From assembly GCA_944332695.1 (NCBI GenBank), contig CALVKL010000002.1, positions 1-49,294 on the forward strand: a stretch of 49,294 nt of DNA. The letters run 5' to 3'. Source of the DNA: an uncultured Bacilli bacterium. Its GTDB lineage: Bacteria > Bacillota_I > Bacilli_A > RF39 > UBA660. The translations under genes were made by a program, and so were the position numbers. Below are positions 17,785 to 26,793 of this stretch, piece by piece. Under the pieces are notes generated by a model. It was not told where the DNA came from, ran no database searches, and saw only the letters and a program-made list of their open reading frames with translations. Numbering within the stretch: the first letter of the stretch is position 1; every line of letters begins with the position of its first letter.

Positions 17785-19392
17785 ATGATTAGACAATTCG
17801 ATTATGAAAAGATGCCTGTAGTAGAAATAGTAAATGAAATCATGGTTGATGCCGCTAAAAGAGGAGCATCTGATATTCATTTTGATCCATTAACTGAAGA
17901 AATGAATGTTAGAATTAGAGTCGATGGTGTATTACATAATTATACAACCGTTCCTAATTCAATTAAAAAAAATTTAATAACACGTATTAAAATTATATCT
18001 GGTATGAATATTACAGAATCACGACTTCCACAAGACGGAGCAATAAAAGCAACTTTACAAGATACTAATTTAGATTTACGTGTTTCTTGCATCCCAACTA
18101 GTAATGGTGAGAAGATTGTTATTCGTATTTTAGACTATTCAATGAGTTTAGCTGGGGTTGAAAATCTAGGATTTAGTGATAACAACTACAAAAAAGTATT
18201 AAATATGATCAGTAAACCAAACGGAATTATTTTGGTTACTGGTGCTACTGGTACCGGTAAATCAACTACAGTCTACTCTATTTTACAAAGATTAAATAAT
18301 GAAGCAACTAATGTTATTTCAGTTGAAGATCCTGTCGAAATGAATATCGAAGGAGTTAATCAAATTCAAACTAATAGTGAAATTGGCCTTGATTTTGCAA
18401 CAGCTTTACGTTCAATTTTACGTCAAGACCCTAATGTCATTATGATTGGAGAAATTAGAGATACTGAAACCGCTAAAATCGCGGTGCGTGCTTCTATTAC
18501 TGGACATTTAGTTTTATCAACTATCCATACTAACAACTCGCTAAATACAATTGAACGTTTATTGGACATGGATGTTGAAAGATATTTGTTGGCTAGCTCA
18601 TTAGAAGGAATTATCTCACAAGTATTAGCTCGTAAATTATGTCCACACTGTCGTACTCTAAGAAATACAAATGAATATGAAAAAGAATTATTTAAAAGTG
18701 TTTTAAATAAAAACGTCGAGCAAATATATATTCCTGAAGGATGTGAACAATGTGGTAATGGTTATTCAGGACGTATTGCTATTCATGAAGTGTTATTATT
18801 TACTCAAGAAATTAGAGATGCTATAAGTGCTGGTGTGAGAAGAGACAAATTAAGAGAGTTGGTATATCAGTCAGATGTTAATACATTATTAGAAGACGGT
18901 TTAGAAAAAGTATTAATGGGTTTAACTACTGTTGAAGAAGTTATCAAATTAATTGAACTAGAAGATGATGAAAAAGGTTCTAAAGCGTATGGGTTAAAGA
19001 GTGCTTTAAATAATACAGCTATCACTAAAGAAACTCATAAAACACTTGAAGATATTACCCTTGAAAAAAATAATATTGATAATTTGATTAATAGTGAACC
19101 TAAAATTGCTAATTCTGTTTCTAATATAGAAAATAATAATTTAATGCAACAAACACCACAAAGTAGTATCCCATTAAAAACTCATATTCCAAATAACTCT
19201 TCCCAAGTTAATAAACAACCAATATCTCAAAGCAACTCTTCAGTTTCACCTCATGTTTCTACGGCTACATCGCAATCTACTTTGCAAAATAACAATTTAA
19301 ATCCTAACCCTACATATTATCAACAAAATACTCAAAAAGCACCAATGCCACAAACTTTAAATGATTTAATTAATAAAGCAAATCAAAACTAG
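17785..19392 (+). CDS. GspE/PilB/ComGA-family type II/IV secretion ATPase with a low-complexity C-terminal extension
   Basis: Walker A VTGATGTGKSTT, Asp box, Walker B VIMIGEIRD, His box LSTIHTN and a tetracysteine CPHC...CEQC. About 140 C-terminal residues rich in N/Q/S/P/T follow the core. Confidence 0.88.
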   Translation: MIRQFDYEKMPVVEIVNEIMVDAAKRGASDIHFDPLTEEMNVRIRVDGVLHNYTTVPNSIKKNLITRIKIISGMNITESRLPQDGAIKATLQDTNLDLRVSCIPTSNGEKIVIRILDYSMSLAGVENLGFSDNNYKKVLNMISKPNGIILVTGATGTGKSTTVYSILQRLNNEATNVISVEDPVEMNIEGVNQIQTNSEIGLDFATALRSILRQDPNVIMIGEIRDTETAKIAVRASITGHLVLSTIHTNNSLNTIERLLDMDVERYLLASSLEGIISQVLARKLCPHCRTLRNTNEYEKELFKSVLNKNVEQIYIPEGCEQCGNGYSGRIAIHEVLLFTQEIRDAISAGVRRDKLRELVYQSDVNTLLEDGLEKVLMGLTTVEEVIKLIELEDDEKGSKAYGLKSALNNTAITKETHKTLEDITLEKNNIDNLINSEPKIANSVSNIENNNLMQQTPQSSIPLKTHIPNNSSQVNKQPISQSNSSVSPHVSTATSQSTLQNNNLNPNPTYYQQNTQKAPMPQTLNDLINKANQN

Positions 19393-19415
19393 AGAATTTA
19401 ATCTCTAGTTTTATT
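19389..19415. terminator. Hairpin terminator shared by the convergent ATPase and uppP genes
   Basis: CTAGAGA (19389-19395) pairs with TCTCTAG (19402-19408), followed by TTTTATTT. It overlaps the ATPase stop codon. Confidence 0.5.
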
Positions 19416-20214
19416 TGTATAACATTATTAGAACAATTAACCCCATAATAATTCGATAAATCATAAATATTTTAAAATCATTCTTTTTAATATATTTAAG
19501 TAAAAAAGATATACATAGTAGACCAACGATAAATGAAATTAAAATTCCTAGTCCAAAAACAGCTAAATTTTCGCCAATAATTGTTAATGTGTTATCTTTA
19601 ATTAAACTAAACAAAGTAGCACCAGCAACTACAGGAATTGATAAATAAAAGGAAAATTTTGCGCTATCCTCCCTATTTAATCCAAGTGCACGACTAGCAG
19701 TTATTGTTGTTCCACTACGCGAAAAACCAGGAATTAAAGCAAAAACTTGCGCACAACCGATAATTAAAGCTTGATACCATCTTAAATCGTTCATATTTTT
19801 ATTAGTTTTACTTTTTTTATCAACTAAATAAATAATAATACCCATAACAATTAAAGAAATAGCAATTAGCCATAACTGTTTTCTAAAAAATAAATCAAAA
19901 ATTTCTTCAAACATTACACCAACAACACCAGCAGGGATAGTAGCTAAAATAATATTCCAAAAAAGTTTTCCTTCTTTTGTTTTACAATTGGTTAGTCCTT
20001 TAATCAATATTTTCCATAATTCATTAAAGAAATAAATAACAATTGCCATTAAAGTACCAAAATGTAATGCTAAATCAAATGACAGCTCCATATTACTATT
20101 AATACTGCTACCAATATTAAATAATTCTCGAAAAATTATTAAGTGGGCAGAAGACGAAATTGGTAAGAACTCTGCTATTCCTTGAATAATTCCTAATATT
20201 ATAACATCAACCAT
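19411..20214 (-). CDS. uppP: Undecaprenyl-diphosphate phosphatase
   Basis: GIIQGIAEFLPISSSAHL and PGFSRSGTTI, the signature motifs of BacA/UppP. 267 aa, polytopic. Confidence 0.93.
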   Translation of the reverse strand: MVDVIILGIIQGIAEFLPISSSAHLIIFRELFNIGSSINSNMELSFDLALHFGTLMAIVIYFFNELWKILIKGLTNCKTKEGKLFWNIILATIPAGVVGVMFEEIFDLFFRKQLWLIAISLIVMGIIIYLVDKKSKTNKNMNDLRWYQALIIGCAQVFALIPGFSRSGTTITASRALGLNREDSAKFSFYLSIPVVAGATLFSLIKDNTLTIIGENLAVFGLGILISFIVGLLCISFLLKYIKKNDFKIFMIYRIIMGLIVLIMLYK

Positions 20215-20291
20215 ATAATCACCTAATCTATTGTATCATATCTTTATTATAATTTTTTATTTTAATAAAGATTTGACATTCTCTTTTCATT

Positions 20292-20879
20292 TTATTCATA
20301 AATTTTATCTTTCATACTATAAATACAACCACAAAAATCTTGACGGTATAAATCATATTCTTTAGATAATAAAATACTTTTTTTATATCCATCTTTTTTC
20401 TTAAAATCACTAACTAAATATCTAGTGTTATATTCTTTTTCTAAATATAAACCAATTTCATTTAATTTATTACTATTTTTAAAAGGACTGACAGTCAATG
20501 TTGTTCCAAAATAATCATAATCTTTAGCTAAAGAGGCGGTTTTTCTTAATCTTAATTCATAGCATTTAAAACATCTTGCGCCTCCCTCTTGAACATTTTC
20601 TAAACCGATTACTGTTTGATGAAATAAATCATTGTCATAATCACAATCTAATACTTTGATATTAAATAAATTACATAATTTAATTTGTTCATTTTTTCTT
20701 TTTAAATATTCTTCAAAAGGTTCAATATTAGGATTATAATAAAGAACTGTAATATCAAAATGATCTTTTAAATAAGTTATAACATAACTACTGCAAGGAG
20801 CACAACAACTATGTAATAATAATTTTTTTTTGCTAGTTAAACTATTAATAATTTTTTCTAATTCTAATTGATAATTCAT
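20292..20879 (-). CDS. queH: Epoxyqueuosine reductase QueH (DUF208)
   Basis: LLLHSCCAPCSSYV, plus C-terminal Cys residues (ARCFKCYELR, FCGCIYS). I prefer the ATG at 20879, preceded by AGGTG. The track start at 20888 is a GTG. Confidence 0.85.
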   Translation of the reverse strand: MNYQLELEKIINSLTSKKKLLLHSCCAPCSSYVITYLKDHFDITVLYYNPNIEPFEEYLKRKNEQIKLCNLFNIKVLDCDYDNDLFHQTVIGLENVQEGGARCFKCYELRLRKTASLAKDYDYFGTTLTVSPFKNSNKLNEIGLYLEKEYNTRYLVSDFKKKDGYKKSILLSKEYDLYRQDFCGCIYSMKDKIYE

Positions 20880-20902
20880 AAAAAACACCTAATAACATAT
20901 AT

Positions 20903-22072
20903 TTAAAAATTAAACATCAATATTTCTGGAGCAAATATCATAAGTATTCCAATTAATAACAACAATATTCCTCCAATTAAATGTGATAGTTTATTATATT
21001 TAGTAGATATACCAGTTAATTTTAATGTTTTCATAGCAATTATAAATATAACAATATCATCAACTAAGAAAAATAAGATGTATATTAAAATATAAATAAA
21101 ATATTGAAAGCCATTTAAGTCGTTTAAAGCTAAAATTTGGGTGAAAATTAAAGGTAATCCTGATGAACAAGCTAATTCAATCAAATTAACAGTAACAGCT
21201 AAGCCCATCACTCCAATAATACCTAAAAGATATGTTTTTTTGTTATCCATTTGTTTAACAACTTTGTTAATTCTTTTTAAAATAGATTTTCTTTGTTCTT
21301 TATCAACAACTTGACACCCATTATCTTTTTTTCGTTCTTGAAAATAACTAGTTAAATTTACTATACCACCTAATATAGCAATAATAGCAATTATAAAACG
21401 GACCCAAAATATTTGCGATAATGTAATTGCTACGGTTAACCAAGCTAACATAAAGCATAAATATACTACAGCTGAAGTAATTAAAAATGTTAACCCAATA
21501 ACCCACATTTTTTTGCGATTTTTCATAGTAATAATAATTGATAATAAAAACAATAATACCCACATTGCACAAGGATTAAAGCCATCAATAAAACCTAAAA
21601 CAATTGCCACTAAAGGTATTGAAACTTCTTTGGCATCAACATCTCCTAATAAAGGAATGTTATATACACCTTCTGGTGGATTAATTGTATAATCGACATC
21701 TAAATCATTTAAGATAACATCAACAATATCAATATATTCTTCATTTTGATATTTAGTAATCGCACTTTTAATTTGGTTTTCAACTGTGCTATTAAATCCT
21801 GTTATTCCTGTTGTCCCAATAACAGTATAAGGGACTGTTTTATCATTATTATTTAAAGCTGATCGCACTTTTGATAATAATTCATCATTATCTTTATTAG
21901 AAGTTGTTTCATAGGTAATAATATTAATATCTTTATCTAAGGCATATTCTTCTAAAAAATTTATTTCTTCTTCACAAGTACTACAAACACTAGAATAAAA
22001 TAAATGAATATCTAAAGCATTAACTTGTGGAATAAATAGTAAAAGTAAAAGTAAAAAAATAATTTTTTTCAT
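20903..22072 (-). CDS. Fusion of an exported thioredoxin/glutaredoxin-like domain (CSTC) to a DsbD/CcdA-like thiol-disulfide transporter
   Basis: Signal peptide, then LFYSSVCSTCEEE. The TM region carries the paired DsbD-family Cys motifs DGFNPCAMW and ELACSSGLP. The ATG at 22072 overlaps the upstream thioredoxin stop (ATGA). Confidence 0.7.
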   Translation of the reverse strand: MKKIIFLLLLLLFIPQVNALDIHLFYSSVCSTCEEEINFLEEYALDKDINIITYETTSNKDNDELLSKVRSALNNNDKTVPYTVIGTTGITGFNSTVENQIKSAITKYQNEEYIDIVDVILNDLDVDYTINPPEGVYNIPLLGDVDAKEVSIPLVAIVLGFIDGFNPCAMWVLLFLLSIIITMKNRKKMWVIGLTFLITSAVVYLCFMLAWLTVAITLSQIFWVRFIIAIIAILGGIVNLTSYFQERKKDNGCQVVDKEQRKSILKRINKVVKQMDNKKTYLLGIIGVMGLAVTVNLIELACSSGLPLIFTQILALNDLNGFQYFIYILIYILFFLVDDIVIFIIAMKTLKLTGISTKYNKLSHLIGGILLLLIGILMIFAPEILMFNF

Positions 22073-22335
22073 ATAAAACACCTCAATTTACTTTCAATTT
22101 CCCTAACTGATTTTTCTCCAACTAATCTAGTTATTTCTTGATCGTTATCTAATAAAATTAAAACTGGTAAAATATCCCCTACTTTATATTTTTCTATTTC
22201 GGCTTCATCTAAGTCAAAATCATATTCAATATGTTCAAAATCAGGAAATATTTTTTCAATTTCTTGAAATCTAGGGCGCATAATTAAACAGGCAGGACAC
22301 CACATCGCACTTATTCTAACTAGTTTAATAACCAA
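22069..22335 (-). CDS. Small thioredoxin-family protein
   Basis: 88 aa with a WCPAC active site (ISAMWCPACLIM). Confidence 0.8.
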   Translation of the reverse strand: MVIKLVRISAMWCPACLIMRPRFQEIEKIFPDFEHIEYDFDLDEAEIEKYKVGDILPVLILLDNDQEITRLVGEKSVREIESKLRCFI

Positions 22336-22810
22336 ACACCCCTTCTAGACTATCGTCATTGGTTATAAATTGTTCAACTAAAACCTCAGTATAGTCATCT
22401 TTATCGTTTCTTACTACTATCTTACTAATACCAGCATTAATAATAAATCTTTTACAAAACATACATGGCATAGCATTTTTAACATATTCATTCGTTTGTA
22501 CTTCTTTGCCAACTAAATATAATGTAGCTCCAATAATATCTTTTCTGGCAGCACTTATAATAGCGTTTTGTTCAGCATGAACACTACGACACATTTCATA
22601 TCGTTCTCCTCGAGGAATGCCTAATTTTTCGCGCATGCAATAACCTAAATCACCACAGTTTTTTCTTCCTCGAGGTGCACCGTTATAGCCAGTTGAAATA
22701 ATTTCGTCGTTCTTAACTATAACAGCGCCAAAAGCCCTTCGTATACATGTTGATCTTTCTAATACTGATTCAGCTATATCTAAATAATAATTTGTTTTAT
22801 CTATTCTCAT
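22325..22810 (-). CDS. comEB: Deoxycytidylate (dCMP) deaminase, ComEB-type
   Basis: Zinc motifs HAEQNAI and PCMFCKRFI. 161 aa. Confidence 0.9.
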   Translation of the reverse strand: MRIDKTNYYLDIAESVLERSTCIRRAFGAVIVKNDEIISTGYNGAPRGRKNCGDLGYCMREKLGIPRGERYEMCRSVHAEQNAIISAARKDIIGATLYLVGKEVQTNEYVKNAMPCMFCKRFIINAGISKIVVRNDKDDYTEVLVEQFITNDDSLEGVFGY

Positions 22811-23925
22811 AATTTTAACTCCTTATAACACATATCAAACTTTTCTAAAAAATATAAAATATCCTCTTCTTTCGTTAAATGCGATAAACTAATTCGAATA
22901 CTTGATGTAGCTTTTACTTCATCTTTAGTTAAAGCATAAACTGATTTGGAAATGTTTCCTGTAGAACAAGCCGTTTGGGTTGAAATATATATATCATATT
23001 TTTCTAAAGCGTGAAGGATTGTTTCTGGTTTAATACCAATAATGCTAATATTTAAAATATTAGGAATACAATATTCATTACTATTAATATAAACATCAGC
23101 ATATTTTTTTAATCCTTCTTTTAACTTGTTGTTTAAATTTGTAATATATTCATAATTAATATCTAAATCTTTTAAAATTAATCTCATTGCTTTAGCGAAA
23201 GAAGCAATTAAAGCTGTCATTGGGGTTCCCGAGCGAAAAATAGTGGTACTTTTTCCGCCGTGAATTAATGGTTCTAAAGAAATATTTTCTTTTTTGTAAA
23301 GCATACCGATTCCTTTAATCCCATATATTTTATGAGCAGAAAAACTAGCTAAATCAACATTTTTTAAATCTATTTTGATTTTACCTAAAGCTTGAGTCAT
23401 ATCTACATGAAAGAAACATTTTGGATATTCTTTTATAATATTACTTATTTCATCTAATGGTTGAACAATTCCTATTTCACTATTTACTGCTCCAACACTA
23501 ACTAAAATAGTTTCATTAGTTAATAATTTTTTTAAATCCGATATATCAATAATACCACGATTATCACATTTAACAAAATCTACTTTAAAACCTAATTTTT
23601 GTAAATAATTTAATGGTCCATAAATAGAAGAATGCTCAAACTCTGTCGTAATAATATGTTTACCTCTATTTTGATATTTTAAAGCAATTCCTTTAATAGC
23701 AGTATTATTTGATTCCGAAGAACCACTTGTATAAATTATTTCTTTTTCTTTAATGTTTAATAATTCTGCAATTTGTTTAGTAGCAGCTTTTATTAAATTA
23801 TTAGCTTCTATTCCTAATTTATGTAAAGAATTAGGATTACCAACATATTTTTTAGTTACTTCTACAAAAGTATCTATTACTTCCGAATTAACTGGCGTCG
23901 TTGCAGAATAATCTAAATAAGTCAT
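22807..23925 (-). CDS. Cysteine desulfurase (NifS/IscS-like class V aminotransferase)
   Basis: PLP-Lys context FSAHKIYGIKGIG and catalytic Cys loop STQTACSTG. 372 aa. Confidence 0.88.
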   Translation of the reverse strand: MTYLDYSATTPVNSEVIDTFVEVTKKYVGNPNSLHKLGIEANNLIKAATKQIAELLNIKEKEIIYTSGSSESNNTAIKGIALKYQNRGKHIITTEFEHSSIYGPLNYLQKLGFKVDFVKCDNRGIIDISDLKKLLTNETILVSVGAVNSEIGIVQPLDEISNIIKEYPKCFFHVDMTQALGKIKIDLKNVDLASFSAHKIYGIKGIGMLYKKENISLEPLIHGGKSTTIFRSGTPMTALIASFAKAMRLILKDLDINYEYITNLNNKLKEGLKKYADVYINSNEYCIPNILNISIIGIKPETILHALEKYDIYISTQTACSTGNISKSVYALTKDEVKATSSIRISLSHLTKEEDILYFLEKFDMCYKELKL

Positions 23926-23970
23926 AGTATCACCATTAATAATTTTATCAAAATTTATCTATTTTGTAAA

Positions 23971-24627
23971 TTAAATATGCATTCTTCTTACTAATTCTTC
24001 TTTAACATCTTTAAATTTAAAAATTAATAATCCTAGAAAACATAAAATATTTAAAAAAGAACAAATAATAGAAGGTAGTTTATTAGAAACAATATCTGTA
24101 AATACAAACAGTAATGGGATTATTCCAATAATAGCAATGCATATAAAATAAAATAATTCCTCGTCTAAATAATTATGCAATATAATAGCTAGTATAGCAA
24201 TCCCAAAACTGCCAGCAATACATAAAATAGGAACAACATAAGTTAATGACCAATTGTGCCATCCTGTTAAATAATCCCATAAAATAGCCAAAATTGTAAA
24301 CATAATTAATTGTTTTAAAATGGTTTTATAAATGCTATCTTTATTGTTTAAATTAGTTTTTAAGATAACAAACAAGCATATAAAACCATAAATAACTAAA
24401 ATACTAAAATGATATTTATTTAAAAAATAGTCAATTATCGCACAAATTAAGCAAATTGTAATACTTATTAACAATAATATTTTAAAAAACAAAGAAAACC
24501 TTTTTTTTAATGTTGGAATATAAGGGAACGCACTAAAATTTTGCTTACCTATTAATTTGTTTTGACACAAAGGGCAAATATTTTCATCAGTTTGTACCTT
24601 TATATGACATTTTTTACATTCTTTCAT
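23971..24627 (-). CDS. Zinc-ribbon plus polytopic membrane protein (DUF6320-like)
   Basis: N-terminal CKKC-x12-CPLC zinc ribbon followed by about five TM helices. It is the last gene of a tightly packed three-gene unit. Confidence 0.55.
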   Translation of the reverse strand: MKECKKCHIKVQTDENICPLCQNKLIGKQNFSAFPYIPTLKKRFSLFFKILLLISITICLICAIIDYFLNKYHFSILVIYGFICLFVILKTNLNNKDSIYKTILKQLIMFTILAILWDYLTGWHNWSLTYVVPILCIAGSFGIAILAIILHNYLDEELFYFICIAIIGIIPLLFVFTDIVSNKLPSIICSFLNILCFLGLLIFKFKDVKEELVRRMHI

Positions 24628-24634
24628 ACCTCAC

Positions 24635-25852
24635 CTACAATCGATTAGCAATAATCGTAATATCAATACCAAAACTAGTTAATTTTTGATAAAAATCTTT
24701 AATAATGTTTGTATTAACAAATACTGAACTGAAAGTAATATTTAATTTAGATAAATATGAACAAATGGACATTTGTATATTATCAGTACTAACATATACT
24801 TCAAAATTATCAACATAATCTTCTAATTCTTTCGGTAATTTAATTACACCTAGATTAGTTACTGATGAAGTTTTATTAACAAAACGACTAGCTATTTTTA
24901 AAACAAAATTCTTAATAAATAAAGGTATTAAACGAACTAAAAAATTATGTTCAATAGTTGCATATTTATTCATATTTCTAAATAAATTTTCTTGTTTCAA
25001 TTCTTCTTTTAAATAATTATTAACAAAACTAATTATTTCTTCTAAATCATCACTACCTTGATAAATTAACTGGATTACACTAAAAAAGTTACGAGCAGTT
25101 TGTGATTTAAAATGTTTTCGTAAATTTACTGGAATATCTATACAAATTTTTTTATTTTTATCTTTTAAATCCATATTTTCTTTAATCGCCCAAATATAAA
25201 TACTAACTATTAGACCGGTTAAAGTAGTATGATATTGATGAGCTAAAGACAAGACATCATTAACATTTATCGAGCCGGTAATTACTTTAAACCGATAATC
25301 ATCAAATTTTTCGCCTTTTATCTTATAAACTTTTTTAATAAGATTTTCTTTTATATTTATTGATTGATAATATTTGCTAAAACTATCTGCATTTTTTTCA
25401 TATAAAGAAGCATCATAATCTAATGTATTTTCTAAATTATACTTTTTATTTAGATAAATATCAATAATAGCCTTTAAAAATTCTAAAGCTCCAGTACCAT
25501 CAGATATCGCATGATATACTTCTAAATTAATTCTCGTTTGATAATAATTAACCCTAAAAAGTAATTTTTTCTTACCTTTATTGTATAACGAGCTACATAT
25601 TTCTTTATTTTCTTCTTTTACTATCGGCTTTTTATTGGTTAATTCTAAATAATGCCAAAAAAAACCTTTTCTTAAAATTGATTTAAAATTGGGAAAAGAA
25701 TCCAAGGCTTCATTAACTGCTTCTTGTAATATATCCTTTTCAATCTTTTCTTTTAAAACACAGGTAAAACGAAATACTTTAGAATCTTTTTTATTGCTTG
25801 TTGGAGGAAAAATTTTAGCGGCATTATCTAATTTAAGCCAATCTCTTTTCAT
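24635..25852 (-). CDS. Condensation/alcohol-acyltransferase-like protein (HxxxD acyltransferase superfamily)
   Basis: Catalytic motif EVYHAISDGTGA (HxxxDG). The 405 aa size is typical of stand-alone C-domain / AATase-like enzymes. Confidence 0.65.
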   Translation of the reverse strand: MKRDWLKLDNAAKIFPPTSNKKDSKVFRFTCVLKEKIEKDILQEAVNEALDSFPNFKSILRKGFFWHYLELTNKKPIVKEENKEICSSLYNKGKKKLLFRVNYYQTRINLEVYHAISDGTGALEFLKAIIDIYLNKKYNLENTLDYDASLYEKNADSFSKYYQSINIKENLIKKVYKIKGEKFDDYRFKVITGSINVNDVLSLAHQYHTTLTGLIVSIYIWAIKENMDLKDKNKKICIDIPVNLRKHFKSQTARNFFSVIQLIYQGSDDLEEIISFVNNYLKEELKQENLFRNMNKYATIEHNFLVRLIPLFIKNFVLKIASRFVNKTSSVTNLGVIKLPKELEDYVDNFEVYVSTDNIQMSICSYLSKLNITFSSVFVNTNIIKDFYQKLTSFGIDITIIANRL

Positions 25853-26748
25853 TTTTTATCACCAATAAAATTATTAATTATTTTATAACATTTCTTATTT
25901 TCTTTTGAATTAGGAAAATAAGAGAAAAAACCATGAATTACATCTTTAATACAATACATTTTAACCTCATTATTAAATTTTTTTAATTTATTACCAAATT
26001 CCATTCCCTCATCTTTTAAAGGATCTAATTCTGCGGTAATAATTAACGTTTTAGGTTGATTGTATAAATTGTCAGCATTTAAAGGAGTTACATATTTATT
26101 ATCATTTTTTATTTTATCTTGAACATATAAATTTAAATAATTATTAATTTTTTTGTTAGTTAAAAGCCAATTATTTCCATTTTCTCTGATTGATTTAAAA
26201 ATACTATTTTCATCGTGTAAATGATAAGTTAAAGGATATAATAAAATTTGTTTATCTATTTTAAACTCTTTTTTTTCACTAGATAATAATGATACAACGC
26301 TAGCTAAATTACCACCAGCACTATCACCCATTAAAATAATGTTTTTTTTGCCTAAAAAACTATCTTTACTACAAAAATACTTTGTTACATTATAACAATC
26401 AATTAATCCATTAGGAAAAGGATATTCTGGCGCTAGGCGATAATCAACGGAAATAACTATTGAATTTGTATTTATAGCTATAGTAGAACATATTTTAGTA
26501 TAATTATCAACATTGCCACAAACAAATCCTCCACCGTGGAAATATATAATTAAATTGTTAGTTTCCTTATTGGCAAAAAACATTCTTACTCTTACTGTAT
26601 GATCAAATACTAAAATTCTTGTATCAATAAAATTATATTTTCCTAAAAAATTATTTTTAACAATATCATTAAACAATCTTTCTTTTTTATAATCCTCAAT
26701 ATTAATTTTAGATATTGTTTTAATTATTTTTTTAGTTATTTTTTTCAT
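25849..26748 (-). CDS. Alpha/beta hydrolase, hormone-sensitive-lipase-type esterase
   Basis: Oxyanion HGGGF, nucleophile elbow GDSAGG, Asp context ELDPLKDEG and His context VIHGFF. Confidence 0.85.
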   Translation of the reverse strand: MKKITKKIIKTISKINIEDYKKERLFNDIVKNNFLGKYNFIDTRILVFDHTVRVRMFFANKETNNLIIYFHGGGFVCGNVDNYTKICSTIAINTNSIVISVDYRLAPEYPFPNGLIDCYNVTKYFCSKDSFLGKKNIILMGDSAGGNLASVVSLLSSEKKEFKIDKQILLYPLTYHLHDENSIFKSIRENGNNWLLTNKKINNYLNLYVQDKIKNDNKYVTPLNADNLYNQPKTLIITAELDPLKDEGMEFGNKLKKFNNEVKMYCIKDVIHGFFSYFPNSKENKKCYKIINNFIGDKK

Positions 26749-26763
26749 ATGCTCACCATTTTA

Positions 26764-26772
26764 ATTATATCA
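26764..26772 (-). promoter_or_regulatory. Extended -10 promoter element of the esterase operon
   Basis: Minus strand TGATATAAT, about 16 nt upstream of ATG 26748. It lies just downstream of the rluA-family gene's terminator hairpin (AACAAGTT/AACTTGTT at about 26784-26803). There is no good -35. Confidence 0.4.
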
Positions 26773-26793
26773 TAAATAAAGGAAAACAAGTTG

